A stretch of DNA of 64,000 nt from contig CAVYIM010000005.1 of the NCBI GenBank assembly GCA_963768655.1, positions 478,046 to 542,045 of the forward strand, read 5' to 3'. This document shows, one piece after another, positions 13,766 through 25,500 of the stretch. Source of the DNA: an uncultured Chloroflexia bacterium (GTDB lineage Bacteria > Chloroflexota > Limnocylindria > Limnocylindrales > CSP1-4). Position 1 is the first letter of the stretch. Every line of letters starts with the position of its first letter. Below the pieces are notes generated by a model. The model had not been told where the DNA came from, did no database searches, and worked only from the letters and a program-made list of their open reading frames with translations. The position numbers were made by a program, and so were the translations under genes.

Positions 13766-14838
13766 GCCGGCGTCGCCTCCAGGCTCTGTGCCTCGGCCGC
13801 CGCATCGGCGGCCTTCGCCGCGTCGCGGGCCGTCTTCGCGGCGCGAAGTCTTGCCAGCCGGGCCATCGCCGCGCCGGTGTCGATCACCTGCGCGGCGAGA
13901 GCGATGCCGCCGGGGAGATCGGCCGCTCGGCCGGCGACGATGAAGGCCGCCGCCGCGTTCAGCAGGACGACGTCGCGGCGCGGTCCGGTCTCGCCGGCGA
14001 GGACCGCCTCGACGAGAGCCACGTTGTCGGTGGGAGTTCCACCCGCCAGGGCGGCGAGCGGAGCGGGGGTCAGGCCCAGGTCGGCGGCCACGACCGCCTG
14101 TCGCGTCACGCCGGCGGGGGTGACGTCGTACATGACGCCCGACCCGTCGAGCGGCAGCTCGTCCACGCCGTCGCCGTGCACGACCAGCGCCCGTTCCGCG
14201 CCGAGCAGCCGCAACACTTCGGCCAGCTTCGGGGCAGCCGACGCGGCACCAACGCCCACCAGCTGGCGGCTCGTCCCGGCGGGGTTCGTCATGGGCCCGA
14301 TGAGGTTGAAGGCCGTCCGGACGCCGATCTCACGCCGGGTCGGTCCCGCGTGCCTCATGGCCGGGTGGTAGGCCTGGGCGAAAAGGAACGCGAATCCAAC
14401 CGTGCGCAGGGCCTCACCGGCCTCCGCAGGCGACAGGTCGGTCGCGACTCCCAGCGCCTCCAGCACGTCGGCCGAGCCACAGGCCGAGGTCATCGCCCGG
14501 TTGCCGTGCTTGGCGACCGGCACACCCGCCGCGGCCACGACCAGCGCCGCGGTAGTCGAGATGTTGAAGGTGTTGCTGCCGTCGCCACCCGTGCCGCACG
14601 TGTCGATGGCGCCGTCCGGCGCCTGGACCCGCAGGGCACGCTCGCGCATGGCGGCGGCGAAGCCGGCCAGCTCCTCGACCGTCTCGCCGCGCATCCGCAG
14701 GGCGACGAGCAAGGCCGCCAGCTGGGACGGCGTCGCCTCGCCGTCCATGACCGACCCCATGGCCGCTCGGGCCTCGTCCATGGCGAGGCGCTTGCCCTCG
14801 ACCACGCCCGCCAGGGCGGTTCTCACGACTTCGCTCAT
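13762..14838 (-). CDS. trpD: Anthranilate phosphoribosyltransferase
   Basis: DTCGTGGDG, FNIST, KHGNRA, GSADVLEALG, HPAMRH, RTAFNLIGP. Confidence 0.97.
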
Positions 14839-15605
14839 CGAACCATCTCCACGCGGCCCGCGACGGCCGCCTCTGTCGCTTTGTTTGGCTGGATTAGCGC
14901 CGCGGCAACGGCCGGCTCGGCCGCGCGGTGCGCCCCGGCCGCGCCGCCATCCCCGCCGAACCCGGCCAGGGCGAATGAGCCGCTGGCTCCGTCGAGGAGC
15001 GCGGCCTCGCCCTCTCGGGCCAGGCGCAGGAAGTTGGCCAGGAGGCGCGGCCCCTCCGGCGTCAGGACCGATTCCGGATGGAACTGCACGCCTTCGATGG
15101 GGGCTGTCAGGTGACGAATGCCCATGACCACGTAGTCGTCCTCGGTCCGGGCCGTGACGATCACGTCGGGCGGGAGCGTCTCAGGGGCCACGCTCAGGGA
15201 GTGGTACCGCGCCGCCATGAACGGCATCGGCATCCCGGCGAGCAGACCCTTGCCATCGTGGCGGACGCTCGACGCCTCGCCGTGGACGAGCGTCGGGGCG
15301 CGGCGGATGGTCGCGCCCAGGGCGGCGCCCATGGACTGCATGCCGAGGCACACGCCCAGCAGCGGGATCTTGCGGTCGATGGCGACGCGGACCGTATCCA
15401 TCGAGACGCCGGCCGAATCCGGGTCGCCGGGACCGGGCGAGACGACGATGCCGCGCAGGTCGGCCGCCGGGTCGTCGGCCAGGGCTTCGAGCCCGGCCCG
15501 GTCGATGGCGTCGTTGCGGAGCACGCGGACGTTCGCGCCGGCGGCCTCGAGCGCCTGGACGAGGTTGAACGTGAACGAGTCGTAGTTGTCGATCATGAGG
15601 ATCAT
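14835..15605 (-). CDS. trpG: Anthranilate synthase component II (glutamine amidotransferase)
   Basis: IDNYDSFTFNL, SPGPG, GVCLG, RYHSL, GVQFHPES. Confidence 0.96.
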   Translation of the reverse strand: MILMIDNYDSFTFNLVQALEAAGANVRVLRNDAIDRAGLEALADDPAADLRGIVVSPGPGDPDSAGVSMDTVRVAIDRKIPLLGVCLGMQSMGAALGATIRRAPTLVHGEASSVRHDGKGLLAGMPMPFMAARYHSLSVAPETLPPDVIVTARTEDDYVVMGIRHLTAPIEGVQFHPESVLTPEGPRLLANFLRLAREGEAALLDGASGSFALAGFGGDGGAAGAHRAAEPAVAAALIQPNKATEAAVAGRVEMVR

Positions 15606-17353
15606 CGGGACGCCTCCTCGCTGATGGCGGGACCAGCGGTCGCGGCCGCCACGGGGCGGTCCGCCGGGCCACGGAACGTTGTCGTGCCACTCCCCTGCCC
15701 GCTCGCGGCCTCAGCGGCGGCCTCGGCAACTGCCTCGGCCACGGCCATCTCGAGCGCGCCGCGGATCGCCCCGGCCTTGTGCTCGGTCTCCTCGAACTCG
15801 CGTTCCGGGACGGACTTGGCGACGATCCCCGCCCCGACGGTGAGGTGGATGAGGTCGCCCTTGAGCACCGCCGAGCGGATCGTGATGGCGGTGTCGAGAT
15901 TGCCGTCGTAGCCGAGATAGCCCACGGCCCCGCCGTACAACCCGCGCCGCTCCTTCTCGGCCTCGGCAATGAGCTGCATCGCCCGGACCTTCGGGGCGCC
16001 CGAGAGCGTCCCGGCCGGGAAGATGCTGCGCAGCGCGTCCAGGGCGTCGCAGCCCGGCTTCAGTCGCGCCTCCACGTTGCTCACCAGGTGGAGCACGTGG
16101 CTGTAGCGCTCCACTTCCATGTACTTGGTCACGGCCACCGTGCCGGGCCTCGCCACCCGGCCCAGATCGTTTCGCCCCAGGTCGACGAGCATCACGTGCT
16201 CGGCCCGCTCCTTGGGATCTCGCTCCAGGTTGTAGGCGAGCTGCGCGTCCTCCGCCGGAGTGGCGCCGCGTGGCCGCGTGCCGGCGATCGGGTGCGTGGT
16301 CATGCGGTCGCCCTCGACCCGGACCAGCAGCTCCGGGCTCGCCCCGACGACGGCGAACTCCGGCATCCGGACGAAGAACAGGTACGGGCTCGGGTTGATG
16401 CGACGCAGCGAGCGGTACAGCGCCACCGCGTCGAGCGGCTCGCCGGCGATGACCGGCCGCTCGAAGGTCTGGCGCCGGGCGATCACGACCTGGATGCCCT
16501 CGCCGGCGGCGATGGCATCGATGGCCGTTCGGACCGCGGCCTCGTACTCGTTCCGGTCCAGGCTGACTTCGACCTGGCGCAAGCCACTCCCCGAAGCGCC
16601 GCCGGGGGCTGCGGAACCGGCGTCCCGGCTGGCTCCGTCGCCAGGCCTGGCACCGTCCGTCCTTTCGACCGCAGTCGTTCGCCTGGTCAGGTTGGCGAGT
16701 TCCATGTCCGTGGGCCGGGCGGTTCGCTCGAGGGCGTCGAAAATCGCCCGCTCGGCGATGGCGTATCGACCCTCCAGGTCCGGCGTCTCGGTGTGGAGCG
16801 AGGCGACGGCTGAGAGCGTGTGCGTCAGGTGATCGAAGACCAGCACCAGGTCCGCCTCCTGGAAGGCGGCCAGCGGTGTGCCGATCGGGTCGCGTGCAGG
16901 CAGCGGCACCGTCGGCTCGAACGTCGAGACGGCGTCGTAGGCGAGCGCGCCCACCGCCCCACCCGGGAACCGGGGAATGCCCTCGTCCGGGAGGATCCGC
17001 CTCCGGGGCAGGAACCGCCGCAGCGCCGTCAGCGGATCGGGCGCCGGCAGCGTCTCGGTCGGAAGGTCCGGCGTGAAGTCGGTCACGCCGACCGGGCGGG
17101 TCTGGATCGTGGCCCGGCCGTCACGCACCGTGAGGAGCCGCCGCGGACCCACGCCCATGAAGGAGTAGCGGCCCAGCCGCTCGCCGCCTTCGACGGACTC
17201 GAGCAGGAAGGCCGGGCCGCCGTCGTCGAAGCGCATGAAGGCGCCGATCGGGGTTTCGAGGTCCGCGTTGCGAGTGGCCGTCAGCAGGATGGTGTCGGCC
17301 GAGCTGGACAAGCGCCGGACCTCGCGAAGACTGAGCGGATCTGTGAGTGCCAT
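15602..17353 (-). CDS. trpE: Anthranilate synthase component I
   Basis: FLLESVEGGERLGRYS, NPSPY, SPELL, PIAGTRPRG, KERAEHVMLVDLGRND, FPAGTLSGAPK. Confidence 0.97.
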   Translation of the reverse strand: MALTDPLSLREVRRLSSSADTILLTATRNADLETPIGAFMRFDDGGPAFLLESVEGGERLGRYSFMGVGPRRLLTVRDGRATIQTRPVGVTDFTPDLPTETLPAPDPLTALRRFLPRRRILPDEGIPRFPGGAVGALAYDAVSTFEPTVPLPARDPIGTPLAAFQEADLVLVFDHLTHTLSAVASLHTETPDLEGRYAIAERAIFDALERTARPTDMELANLTRRTTAVERTDGARPGDGASRDAGSAAPGGASGSGLRQVEVSLDRNEYEAAVRTAIDAIAAGEGIQVVIARRQTFERPVIAGEPLDAVALYRSLRRINPSPYLFFVRMPEFAVVGASPELLVRVEGDRMTTHPIAGTRPRGATPAEDAQLAYNLERDPKERAEHVMLVDLGRNDLGRVARPGTVAVTKYMEVERYSHVLHLVSNVEARLKPGCDALDALRSIFPAGTLSGAPKVRAMQLIAEAEKERRGLYGGAVGYLGYDGNLDTAITIRSAVLKGDLIHLTVGAGIVAKSVPEREFEETEHKAGAIRGALEMAVAEAVAEAAAEAASGQGSGTTTFRGPADRPVAAATAGPAISEEASR

Positions 17354-17506
17354 TGGGATCGCCTGTTGCCTTTCTTCGTTGTGGCGCCCGTCCGCCTGTC
17401 GAGGCGGAGCGGGCCCGCACCTTCGTCCCCTCTGCCCGCTTCTCCGGGGGCCTGGCGTCGGGCCCCCTCAGGGTCCCGGCGGTCGGCCCCGGAGAATGGC
17501 GGGGAA

Positions 17507-17835
17507 TCAAAACGACCTTCCGTCCAGGGACGAAAGGTCGATCCTTCCGCGGTGCCACCCACATTCGGCGATGCCGCTCTCTTGGCCGACGGGCCGGGCT
17601 CTCGGGTGGCGGCCGGTCGGTTGTCCGTACCTGCCGCCGGCGACTCCCGCCGATCGGTGCTGCCCTGTATCGCTGGCGCTCTGCGCCGGAGCCTACTGGC
17701 GAGCCCTGGAAGCTCGCGGTTTGGTCCGGTGGCTCACGGGGCCATTCGCTCCTGCTGCCGCCCCAGCTTCCACCAGCCGCTGGGTCTCTGTGCCGGCAAC
17801 CGGGAGGTACTCGTCCCGATCATCGCCCGTATTCC
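17507..17835 (-). promoter_or_regulatory. Trp-specific T-box riboswitch with intrinsic terminator
   Basis: Minus strand: stem I start GGGCGATGATCGGGACGAGTA, AGAGA and GGTGGAA motifs, specifier GAA-TGG-CC (TGG at 17744-17742), T-box AATGTGGGTGGCACCGCGG (17565-17547), terminator hairpin CGACCTTTCGTCC/GGACGGAAGGTCG-TTTT (17540-17509). Confidence 0.93.
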
Positions 17836-17848
17836 CGATGTGGCGCGG

Positions 17849-17878
17849 AGTCTACGGGCACGAGCGCTTCGGTGTCAA
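17849..17878 (-). promoter_or_regulatory. Sigma70-type promoter of the trp leader
   Basis: TTGACA (17878-17873), 18 nt, TAGACT (17854-17849), just upstream of the T-box. Confidence 0.7.
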
Positions 17879-18408
17879 ACGCCGTGGCCCGTGGCGGCCG
17901 GCGCCGCGCGGGTGGCGCGCATCCTGGTCAGATGCAAACCCGGGAGCGCGAGCCCGAACCGCGGCGCCTCCGAGGCCACTATTCCGTTGCCGCGGCAACA
18001 GCGGACCGTCGATCCACGCTCGGCGAGCGGCTTCGTGACCGCCGCCCGGGGCTTGTCGGCCGCCCGCCCACTGCCCGTTCCGGTCTCGCGCTACCCTCAT
18101 TCGCATTTGGGCAAGTTCGCCGCGGGCTAGCTGCTGCTCCGCGCCACCGAACCTCCGACGGCCAGAACGAGCGAACCTTCACGACTGATGCCCGCCTGGA
18201 CGTCAATCACCACGTTGGCGCGGACGTAACCATGACCACTCGCTCGTAGCAGCCATCCATGGATCCAGAGGCATATAAGGACATTACCAGCACTAGTACG
18301 ACCAGGACGCCATAGATGAACAACAGGAAAAGCAGCCACGAGACCTTTCCGATTCATCCGGCGGATATCGAAGCGCCCGGTATTTGCTGAGCATGCCCCT
18401 TTGGTGCC

Positions 18409-19344
18409 TTACCAGTACTCCTCGGTGTGGAGCGTGCCGATGTCGTGGCCCCTGTCGCGGACGAAGCCGCGCGCCGCCGCCCAGGCGATGACGGTCTCGA
18501 TCATGCCGGGATTGCCGCACAGGAAGATGTCGAAGTTGTCGGGCGTGACCGGCAGACCCGTCTCCTGCTCGACCGCGTCCGAGGCGATGACGTTCTGGAG
18601 ATAGCCGCTCCTGCCCCGCCAGGTGACGTCCTCGGCCGGCCGGGTGATGACCGGAACGTAATGGAAGTTGTGGCAATGTCGGGCCAGGCCGGTCAGCTCG
18701 GTCCGATAGCCCAGGTCCCACGAGTAGCGCGCTCCGTGGACGACCACGAACTGCCGCGGCCCGTTGCAAACGAGTTCGCTGCGCAGCATCGACATGTAGG
18801 GCGCCAGGCCGGTGCCGGTGCCAATCATCAGCACGTGCTTGCCCGGCGCCACCTTGTCGAGCGTGAAGACGCCCACCGCCTTGGGCCCCACGTACACGCG
18901 ATCGCGGAGCTTGAGGCTGAAGAGTCGCGGCGTCAGCTCGCCGCTCAGCACGAGGGTCAGGTAGAACTCGATGTACTCGTCGGCGCGGCTTTCCGACGCG
19001 ATCGAATATGCCCGGCGGATCATCCGATCGGGATCGGCGGCGGCGCGCTCGACGGCCGCAGCCTGGGCGTCGACAGCAGCCTGACTCTCGGCCGTGCCCG
19101 CGACGGCCGCGGACGCGGCCACGGCTCCAGCGCGCGGCGAGTCGGCGCGCGCGCCGGCCACTACGCTCGGCTCGGATTCGCCCTCAGCCTCATCGACCCG
19201 CGGCACGGACGCCTTGACGCCCAGGACGACGTACTGGCCGGCCTTGAACTCGAAAGGCAGCCTGTCCGGCACGACCCGCAGGATGATCAGGCCAGGGGCC
19301 ACTTCCACCCGACCGGTCACGGTTGCGTTGTATTCGGCCGCCAT
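18409..19344 (-). CDS. fpr: Ferredoxin/flavodoxin-NADP+ reductase with Ala-rich insertion
   Basis: FKAGQY, RRAYSIAS, GELTPRL, GTGTGLAPY, HGAR, FLCGNPGM, C-terminal EEYW; GGAGG SD before ATG 19344. Confidence 0.9.
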   Translation of the reverse strand: MAAEYNATVTGRVEVAPGLIILRVVPDRLPFEFKAGQYVVLGVKASVPRVDEAEGESEPSVVAGARADSPRAGAVAASAAVAGTAESQAAVDAQAAAVERAAADPDRMIRRAYSIASESRADEYIEFYLTLVLSGELTPRLFSLKLRDRVYVGPKAVGVFTLDKVAPGKHVLMIGTGTGLAPYMSMLRSELVCNGPRQFVVVHGARYSWDLGYRTELTGLARHCHNFHYVPVITRPAEDVTWRGRSGYLQNVIASDAVEQETGLPVTPDNFDIFLCGNPGMIETVIAWAAARGFVRDRGHDIGTLHTEEYW

Positions 19345-19566
19345 GCTGACCTCCGAAGCGCCACATCGGTCCGGCTGCTCATGCCTTCCCGTCGAGGAAA
19401 GGATACGAGCCCGGGCAGGAGGTGTCAGGACGTCGGACCTCCGGCCCGGACCCACGATGGAAGTGTTCGCGGGCCGGCAGCCGACCGGATAAGCTGAAGC
19501 GAGGAACGTGTGCGCCGTTGCCCGCGGCGCCATCGGGAACGCGCCCCGGAGGTTGGACTACCGGTC

Positions 19567-22500
19567 ATGAGCGACGCCGAACGGAGGCCTCCGAGGCAGC
19601 CAGCGGTCGAACGCGGCCGGCCCGGCCAGGACGGCGCGGCCGGTTCGGCCGGCGGGAGGATCGGCGGGGCCGGAGCGGCCGGCAGACCCGGCGGGTCGAG
19701 TGACGCGACCGCCGAACCCGGCCTGGCGAGTGATGCGACCCCTGGACCCGGTTGCACGCTGGACGGCCTGCTGGCGAGGACCGACCGGATCGACGTCTAC
19801 CGGGCGCGGCTCGAGCCGGCGAGAGGCTCCGCCACCCCCATCCTGGCGAAGTTTCTGCGCGCCGCCTCGCCGGCGGCGGAAGAGATCGCCCGGTTCGACG
19901 CCGAGCGCGAGATGATCCGCTCGCTGAAGGTCGACGGCGTAGCACGCCTCGCCAGCGCCACAAAGACCCTGAGCGGCCGGCCCGCCATCGCGCTCGAGGC
20001 CGTCCCCGGCGAGCAGCTGCGGACCTTCGTCGACGGCCGGCCGCTGCCCCTCGGCCGTTTTCTGTCGATCGCGATCGAGATGACCGCCATCGTCGGCCGG
20101 CTCCACGCCGCCGGCGTCACGCACAAGGACCTCACGCCCGACCGTTTCCTGTGGGACGAGAGAGATTCGCGCCTGACGTTGATCGACCTCGGCCGCGCGA
20201 CGCGGCTCTCGAGGGAGCGGCTCGCGCCCTCGGGCCGCGCGGTGATCGACGGCCGGCCGGCCTATGTCTCGCCTGAGCAGACGGGCAGGATGAATCGGCC
20301 GCTGGACCATCGAACCGACTTCTACTCGCTGGGCATCTGCTTCTTCGAGATGCTCACCGGCCACGTGCCGTTCGAATTGGACGACCCTCTCGAGATCGTC
20401 CACGGCCACATCGCCCGGCGGCCGGCACGAGTGGAAACACTGAACCCGGACGTGCCGGCCGCCGTCGGCGACATCGTGGCGCGACTCCTCGAGAAGAGCG
20501 CCCACGACCGCTATCAGTCCGCCGCCGGCCTCCGGGCCGACCTGGATCGCTGCCGCACCCAGCTGGTCGAAACGCATCGCGTCGAGCCGTTCCAGCTCGG
20601 GCAGGACGACGTCTCGACCGTGTTGCGGATTCCGGACCAGCTCTACGGCCGGGATCGTGAGGTCGAAACGCTCCTTGCCGCGTTCGAGCATATCCGCGCG
20701 GGCGGCACCGATTTCATCCTCGTCGCCGGCCGGTCGGGGATCGGCAAGACTGCGCTCGTCGGAGAGATCCACAGGCCGGTCGCCACCCGGCGCGGTCACT
20801 TCGTCGAGGGCAGGTTCGACCCGCTCGGGCGAAACATCCCCTACTCCGGCTGGATCGGCGCGTTCACCAACCTGGCCCACTCCCTGCTCATGGAGAGCCA
20901 GGCCGAGCTGGACGCGTGGCGGGCCCGACTCGCGGGCGCGCTCGCCACGAACGGGAGGGTCGTCACGGCCGTGATCCCAGACCTGCGTCTCGTGGTCGGA
21001 CCTCAACCCGATGTTCCCAACCTCGGACCATCCGAGATGCAGAATCGTTTCCAGCGCGTCTTCGGCGAGATCGTACGGGCTCTGGCCACACCAGAACGGC
21101 CACTGGTCGTCTTCCTCGACGATCTGCAGTGGGCCGATCAGGCAAGCCTGGCGCTGCTCGAATTGCTGCTGGCCGACCGCGAATTGGCCCACGTGCTGAT
21201 CGTCGGCGCATACCGGGACAACGAACTCGCCCCGGACCATTTGCTGACCGAATCGCTGGCACGGATCGAGAAGAGCGGCCGGCCCGTGACGACGATCAAG
21301 GTCGGCTCGCTGCGCGTTGGGGACGTGGCCCACCTGCTGGCCGACACGTTGCACTGCCCGATCGAGCGCACCGGCGAGCTGGCCCGGCTCGTGCACGCCA
21401 AGACGGACGGCAATCCGTGGTTCATCGCCGGGCTGCTCGAGGCCATGTTCGACTCCGGGCTGCTCGAATACAGCGGAGGCTGGCAATGGGATCTCGAGCG
21501 GGTCCGCCTGGCTCCGATCGGGGACGACATCGCCGACCTGATGGTCGGCCGCATCGCCGGGTTGCCGCCCGCCACGATGGCGGTCCTGAAGATGGCCGCC
21601 TGCACGGGCGTCGAGTTCGACCTGGACGTCGTGGCCCTGGCCCGGGGCAGGTCCGTGGCCGAGACGATCGCCGACCTGCAGCCGGCCTTCCAGGCCGGCA
21701 TCGTCGAGGGCTCAGACAGAACCGGCCGGTTCATCCACGACCGGGTCAGCGAGGCGACGTACAACCTGATCTCCGCCGAAGAGCGCGAGGATCTCCACCA
21801 TGCCATCGGCCGAACGCTGCTCACGGCGGCCGGCGGTGCCTGGCCGGAGGATCTGGTCTTCCGGATCGCCGAGCAGTTCAACGCCTCCGGTTCCCGCCTC
21901 ACTACCGCCGAAAGGCCTATCGCGTTCCAGGCAAATCTCCAGGCAGGACGGCGAGCCAGGGCCTCGGCGGCTTTCGAGGCCGCGTCCCGCTTCTGCGCCA
22001 GGGCAGCCGAGCTGCTGCCCGAGAACGCCTGGGAGCTCGACTACGCGACCACGCTGGCGCTCTACACCGATTGGGCCGAAGCCGCGTACGCGGCCATGGA
22101 CTATGGCCGCGCAGAGGAGCTCTTCGCGCTGGTCCTCGACCGGGCTGCCACTCTCACCGACAGGATCCGGATCCACGTCGCCCAGATCGAGTACTCCCTG
22201 GCCTCGATGCGCTTCGAGGAGGCCCTCGAGGTGGTCGTCACGGTGATCGGGGAGCTCGGCATCCCGTTCGTGCCGCCGGCTGAGATCGACGAAGCCGCCA
22301 CCGCGGAGCAGCTGGCCCAATTCATGGCCAACCTGGGCGACCGCAACCCGGCCGAGCTGGACCGCCTGCCGGCCGCCGCCTCCCCGTACAAGGAGGCGAT
22401 CGAGGTCCTCGCCTCGGCCGACCCGCTGCTGTGGCTGGCCTATCCCGGCGCCGCCTTCTACGGGGTCCTTCAAGGCGCGAACCTGTCCATGGAACACGGC

Positions 22501-25500
22501 GTCTGCGGGGCGACCGCCGGAACGCTGGCATCGCTCGGATCGATCCTGTGCGCCAGGGGTCAGGTCGAGCTGGGTACGGCGATATGCGAGGCCGGGCTGC
22601 GATTGCTCGCCCGCTTCGACGAGCCATATCGACGGGCGATGGTCTTGCTCACTTACCACAACTTCGTCGCCTGCTGGAAGAGCCCGCGGCGGCAATCGGT
22701 CGAACCGCTGCTGGCCGAGTACTACGAGGCGGCTCGGATCGGCGACAACCTCGGCGCGGCCAATCTGATCAGGGACCACCTGACGATGAGGTTGCAGTCG
22801 GGCGAAGAACTCCCCAGCGTGGCCGCCGCCTTCGACCAGTTCGCCGGCCCGTTCCTGCGCCTCAACCAGCCCAGCGCGGCCGTGACGTTCAGCATCCTGC
22901 GCCAGGCGACACAGGTTCTGTGCGGGAACGCTCCGGACCCGCTCGCGCTCGAAGGCGAGTTCTGGAGTGAGGCCCGCGACCTGCCTGAGCTGTGGAGGCT
23001 GAGATTCAGTGTCGCCATCGCCACCGTCGGCTTCGCGAAGCTCCTCATTGCGTCGGTCATGGGCGACTTCGGCGCCGCCCTGGAGTGGGTGACCCGCCCC
23101 GGTGTCGAGGAATGCAGGCGATCCGCGACGGGCCTCTACATGGAGTTCGTGTCGGCCGGCTGCACCGCCCTCGCCTACCTCCGCGGCGGCGGGACGGCGG
23201 ACGAACGGCGGGAGGAACACCTTGCCAGCGCCGAGGCGATCGCCGCGCGGCTGCGGACTGCGGCGGAGGAGTATCCCCCCAATTTCCTGCCGCTCTATGC
23301 CCTGGTCGCGGCCGAGATCGCCCGCGTCAAGGATGAACCCTGGACCGCAATTCGCCACTACAACCAGGCCATTGCCGCGGCGCGCGGCCAGGAGTTCCCG
23401 CATCTCGAAGGCCTGGCCAACGAGTTGGCGGGTCTCTTCTGGCTGGACCAGGGCCGCGACGCGTACGCCCGGCCGCATCTGGCCGCTGCACTTTCCGCGT
23501 ATCGGCGCTGGGGCGCGCGCCCCAAGGTAGCCCAGATGCTGGCCCAGCACCCGTGGCTTGCAGCGGAGGCGCGGGACGCGGGCGAGTCCGGGCCGCTCGA
23601 TCTGAGGACCGTCGTGAAGGCCAGCCAGGCCATCTCCGGCGAGATCGAGCTGGACCGGTTGCTGGCGCGCCTCCTGCAGATCACGATCGAGAACGCCGGG
23701 GCCGGCCGCGGCGTGCTGCTGCTGCGCCGGGGCAAGAGCCTGATCGTGGCCGCCGAGGCGTCGAGCGAGGAGCGAGCAGCGATTCTGACCAGCGCGCCTC
23801 TGGAGAGCCGCACGGACGTGGCCCACTCGATCGTCAACTACGTCGTCAGGTCGGGCCACAGCGTGCTCCTCGACGATGCCGCCAATGAGGGTGACTTCGT
23901 CGCGGATCCATCGATCGCGGCTCGCAAGCCACGTTCGGTGCTGTGTCTGCCGATCGCCCTCGGTGGCGCGCTGCTGGGTGTCGTCTACCTGGAGAACAAC
24001 CTGGCCGCCGGTGCATTCGGCCCGGACCGCCTCGAGGTCCTGGAGATCCTGTGCGCCCAGGCGGCCATCTCCCTGGAGAACGCCCGCCTCTACGCCGAGC
24101 GCGATCGAGCCGCCGAGGCTCTCCGCCAGTCGGAAGAGAAGTTCCGCACGCTCGTCGAAAACACCGCGGACGTGGTCTTCGCCATGGACACGGAGGGCTG
24201 CTTCACGTACATCAGCCCGGCCATCGAGGCCCTCTCCGGGTACATGCCGGCCGAGGTTGTCGGACGGAGCTTCCGCGAGTTCACGCTGCCCGAAGAGCTG
24301 GCTCGGGTGGCGTCCAGCTTTGCCGCCGCGCTCGGCGGGACGATCGCGCCGATCGAGTTCCGCGGGCTGGCGCGGGATGGCCGCGTCGTGCACATTCGCG
24401 TGTCCGGCCGTCCGCAGTTCGAGGACGGCAAGCCCGTCGGCTTCACGGGCATCTTCACCGACATCAGTGAGCGCCGCGAACTTCAGGAACAACTCCTCCA
24501 GGCCATGAAGATGGAGAGCATCGGCCGCCTGGCCGGAGGTGTCGCCCACGACTTCAACAACCTGTTGACGGCCATCCTCGGGAACGCGGAACTGGCCATG
24601 CTGGAGCTGCCGCCGGACGCTGAGGCCCGCGAGGCGATCGCCGAGATCGCCAAGGCCGGGCAGCGCGCTTCGAGTCTGACCAGACAGCTGCTCGCCTTCG
24701 CCAGCAAACAGATCGTGGCGCCGGTCAGGCTGAGCCTCAGCACTGTCGTCTCGGATTCCGAGCGAATGTTGAGCCGTCTGCTCGGCGAGGACATCGAGAT
24801 CACGACAGTCCTCGACCCCCATCTTGCCGCGGTCGAGGCCGACCCGGGGCAGATGGAGCAGCTCCTCGTCAACCTGACCATCAACGCCCGCGACGCCATG
24901 CCGAACGGCGGGCATCTGGTCATCGAGACTCGAAACGCCCTCGTGGAAGCCGGGGGGCCAGGCGGCAGCTCTGAGGTCGCGCCCGGGCCCTGGGTAGTCC
25001 TGACCGTCACCGACACCGGCGAGGGAATGTCGGCCGAGACGATGTCACACATCTTCGAGCCGTTCTTCACGACCAAGGAGGCGGGCAAGGGGACGGGTCT
25101 CGGCCTGGCGACCTGCCACGGCATCGTCAAGCAGAACCGGGGCCACATTTTCGTCTTCAGCGAACCGGGCCTTGGCTCGACCTTCCGCATCATGCTGCCG
25201 ACCGCGTCCCGCGAGGTCGCGGCCGCTGGCCACGAGCAGACGCCTCCGACGTCGATCGATGGAACGGAAACGATCCTGGTGGTCGAGGACGAAGAGCAGG
25301 TTCGACGGCTGGCGGTCCTCGGGTTGCGCGCTCACGGCTACACCGTCATCGAGGCCGCGGGCGGCGCACAGGCCCTGAAGATCGTCGGCCGCGCCGATAC
25401 CCGCCTGGACCTCGTCGTCAGCGACGTGGTGATGCCCGGCATGGGCGGCCTCGAGCTGGAACGGCGCCTGGCCCGGATCAGACCGGCCCTGCCGCTTATC

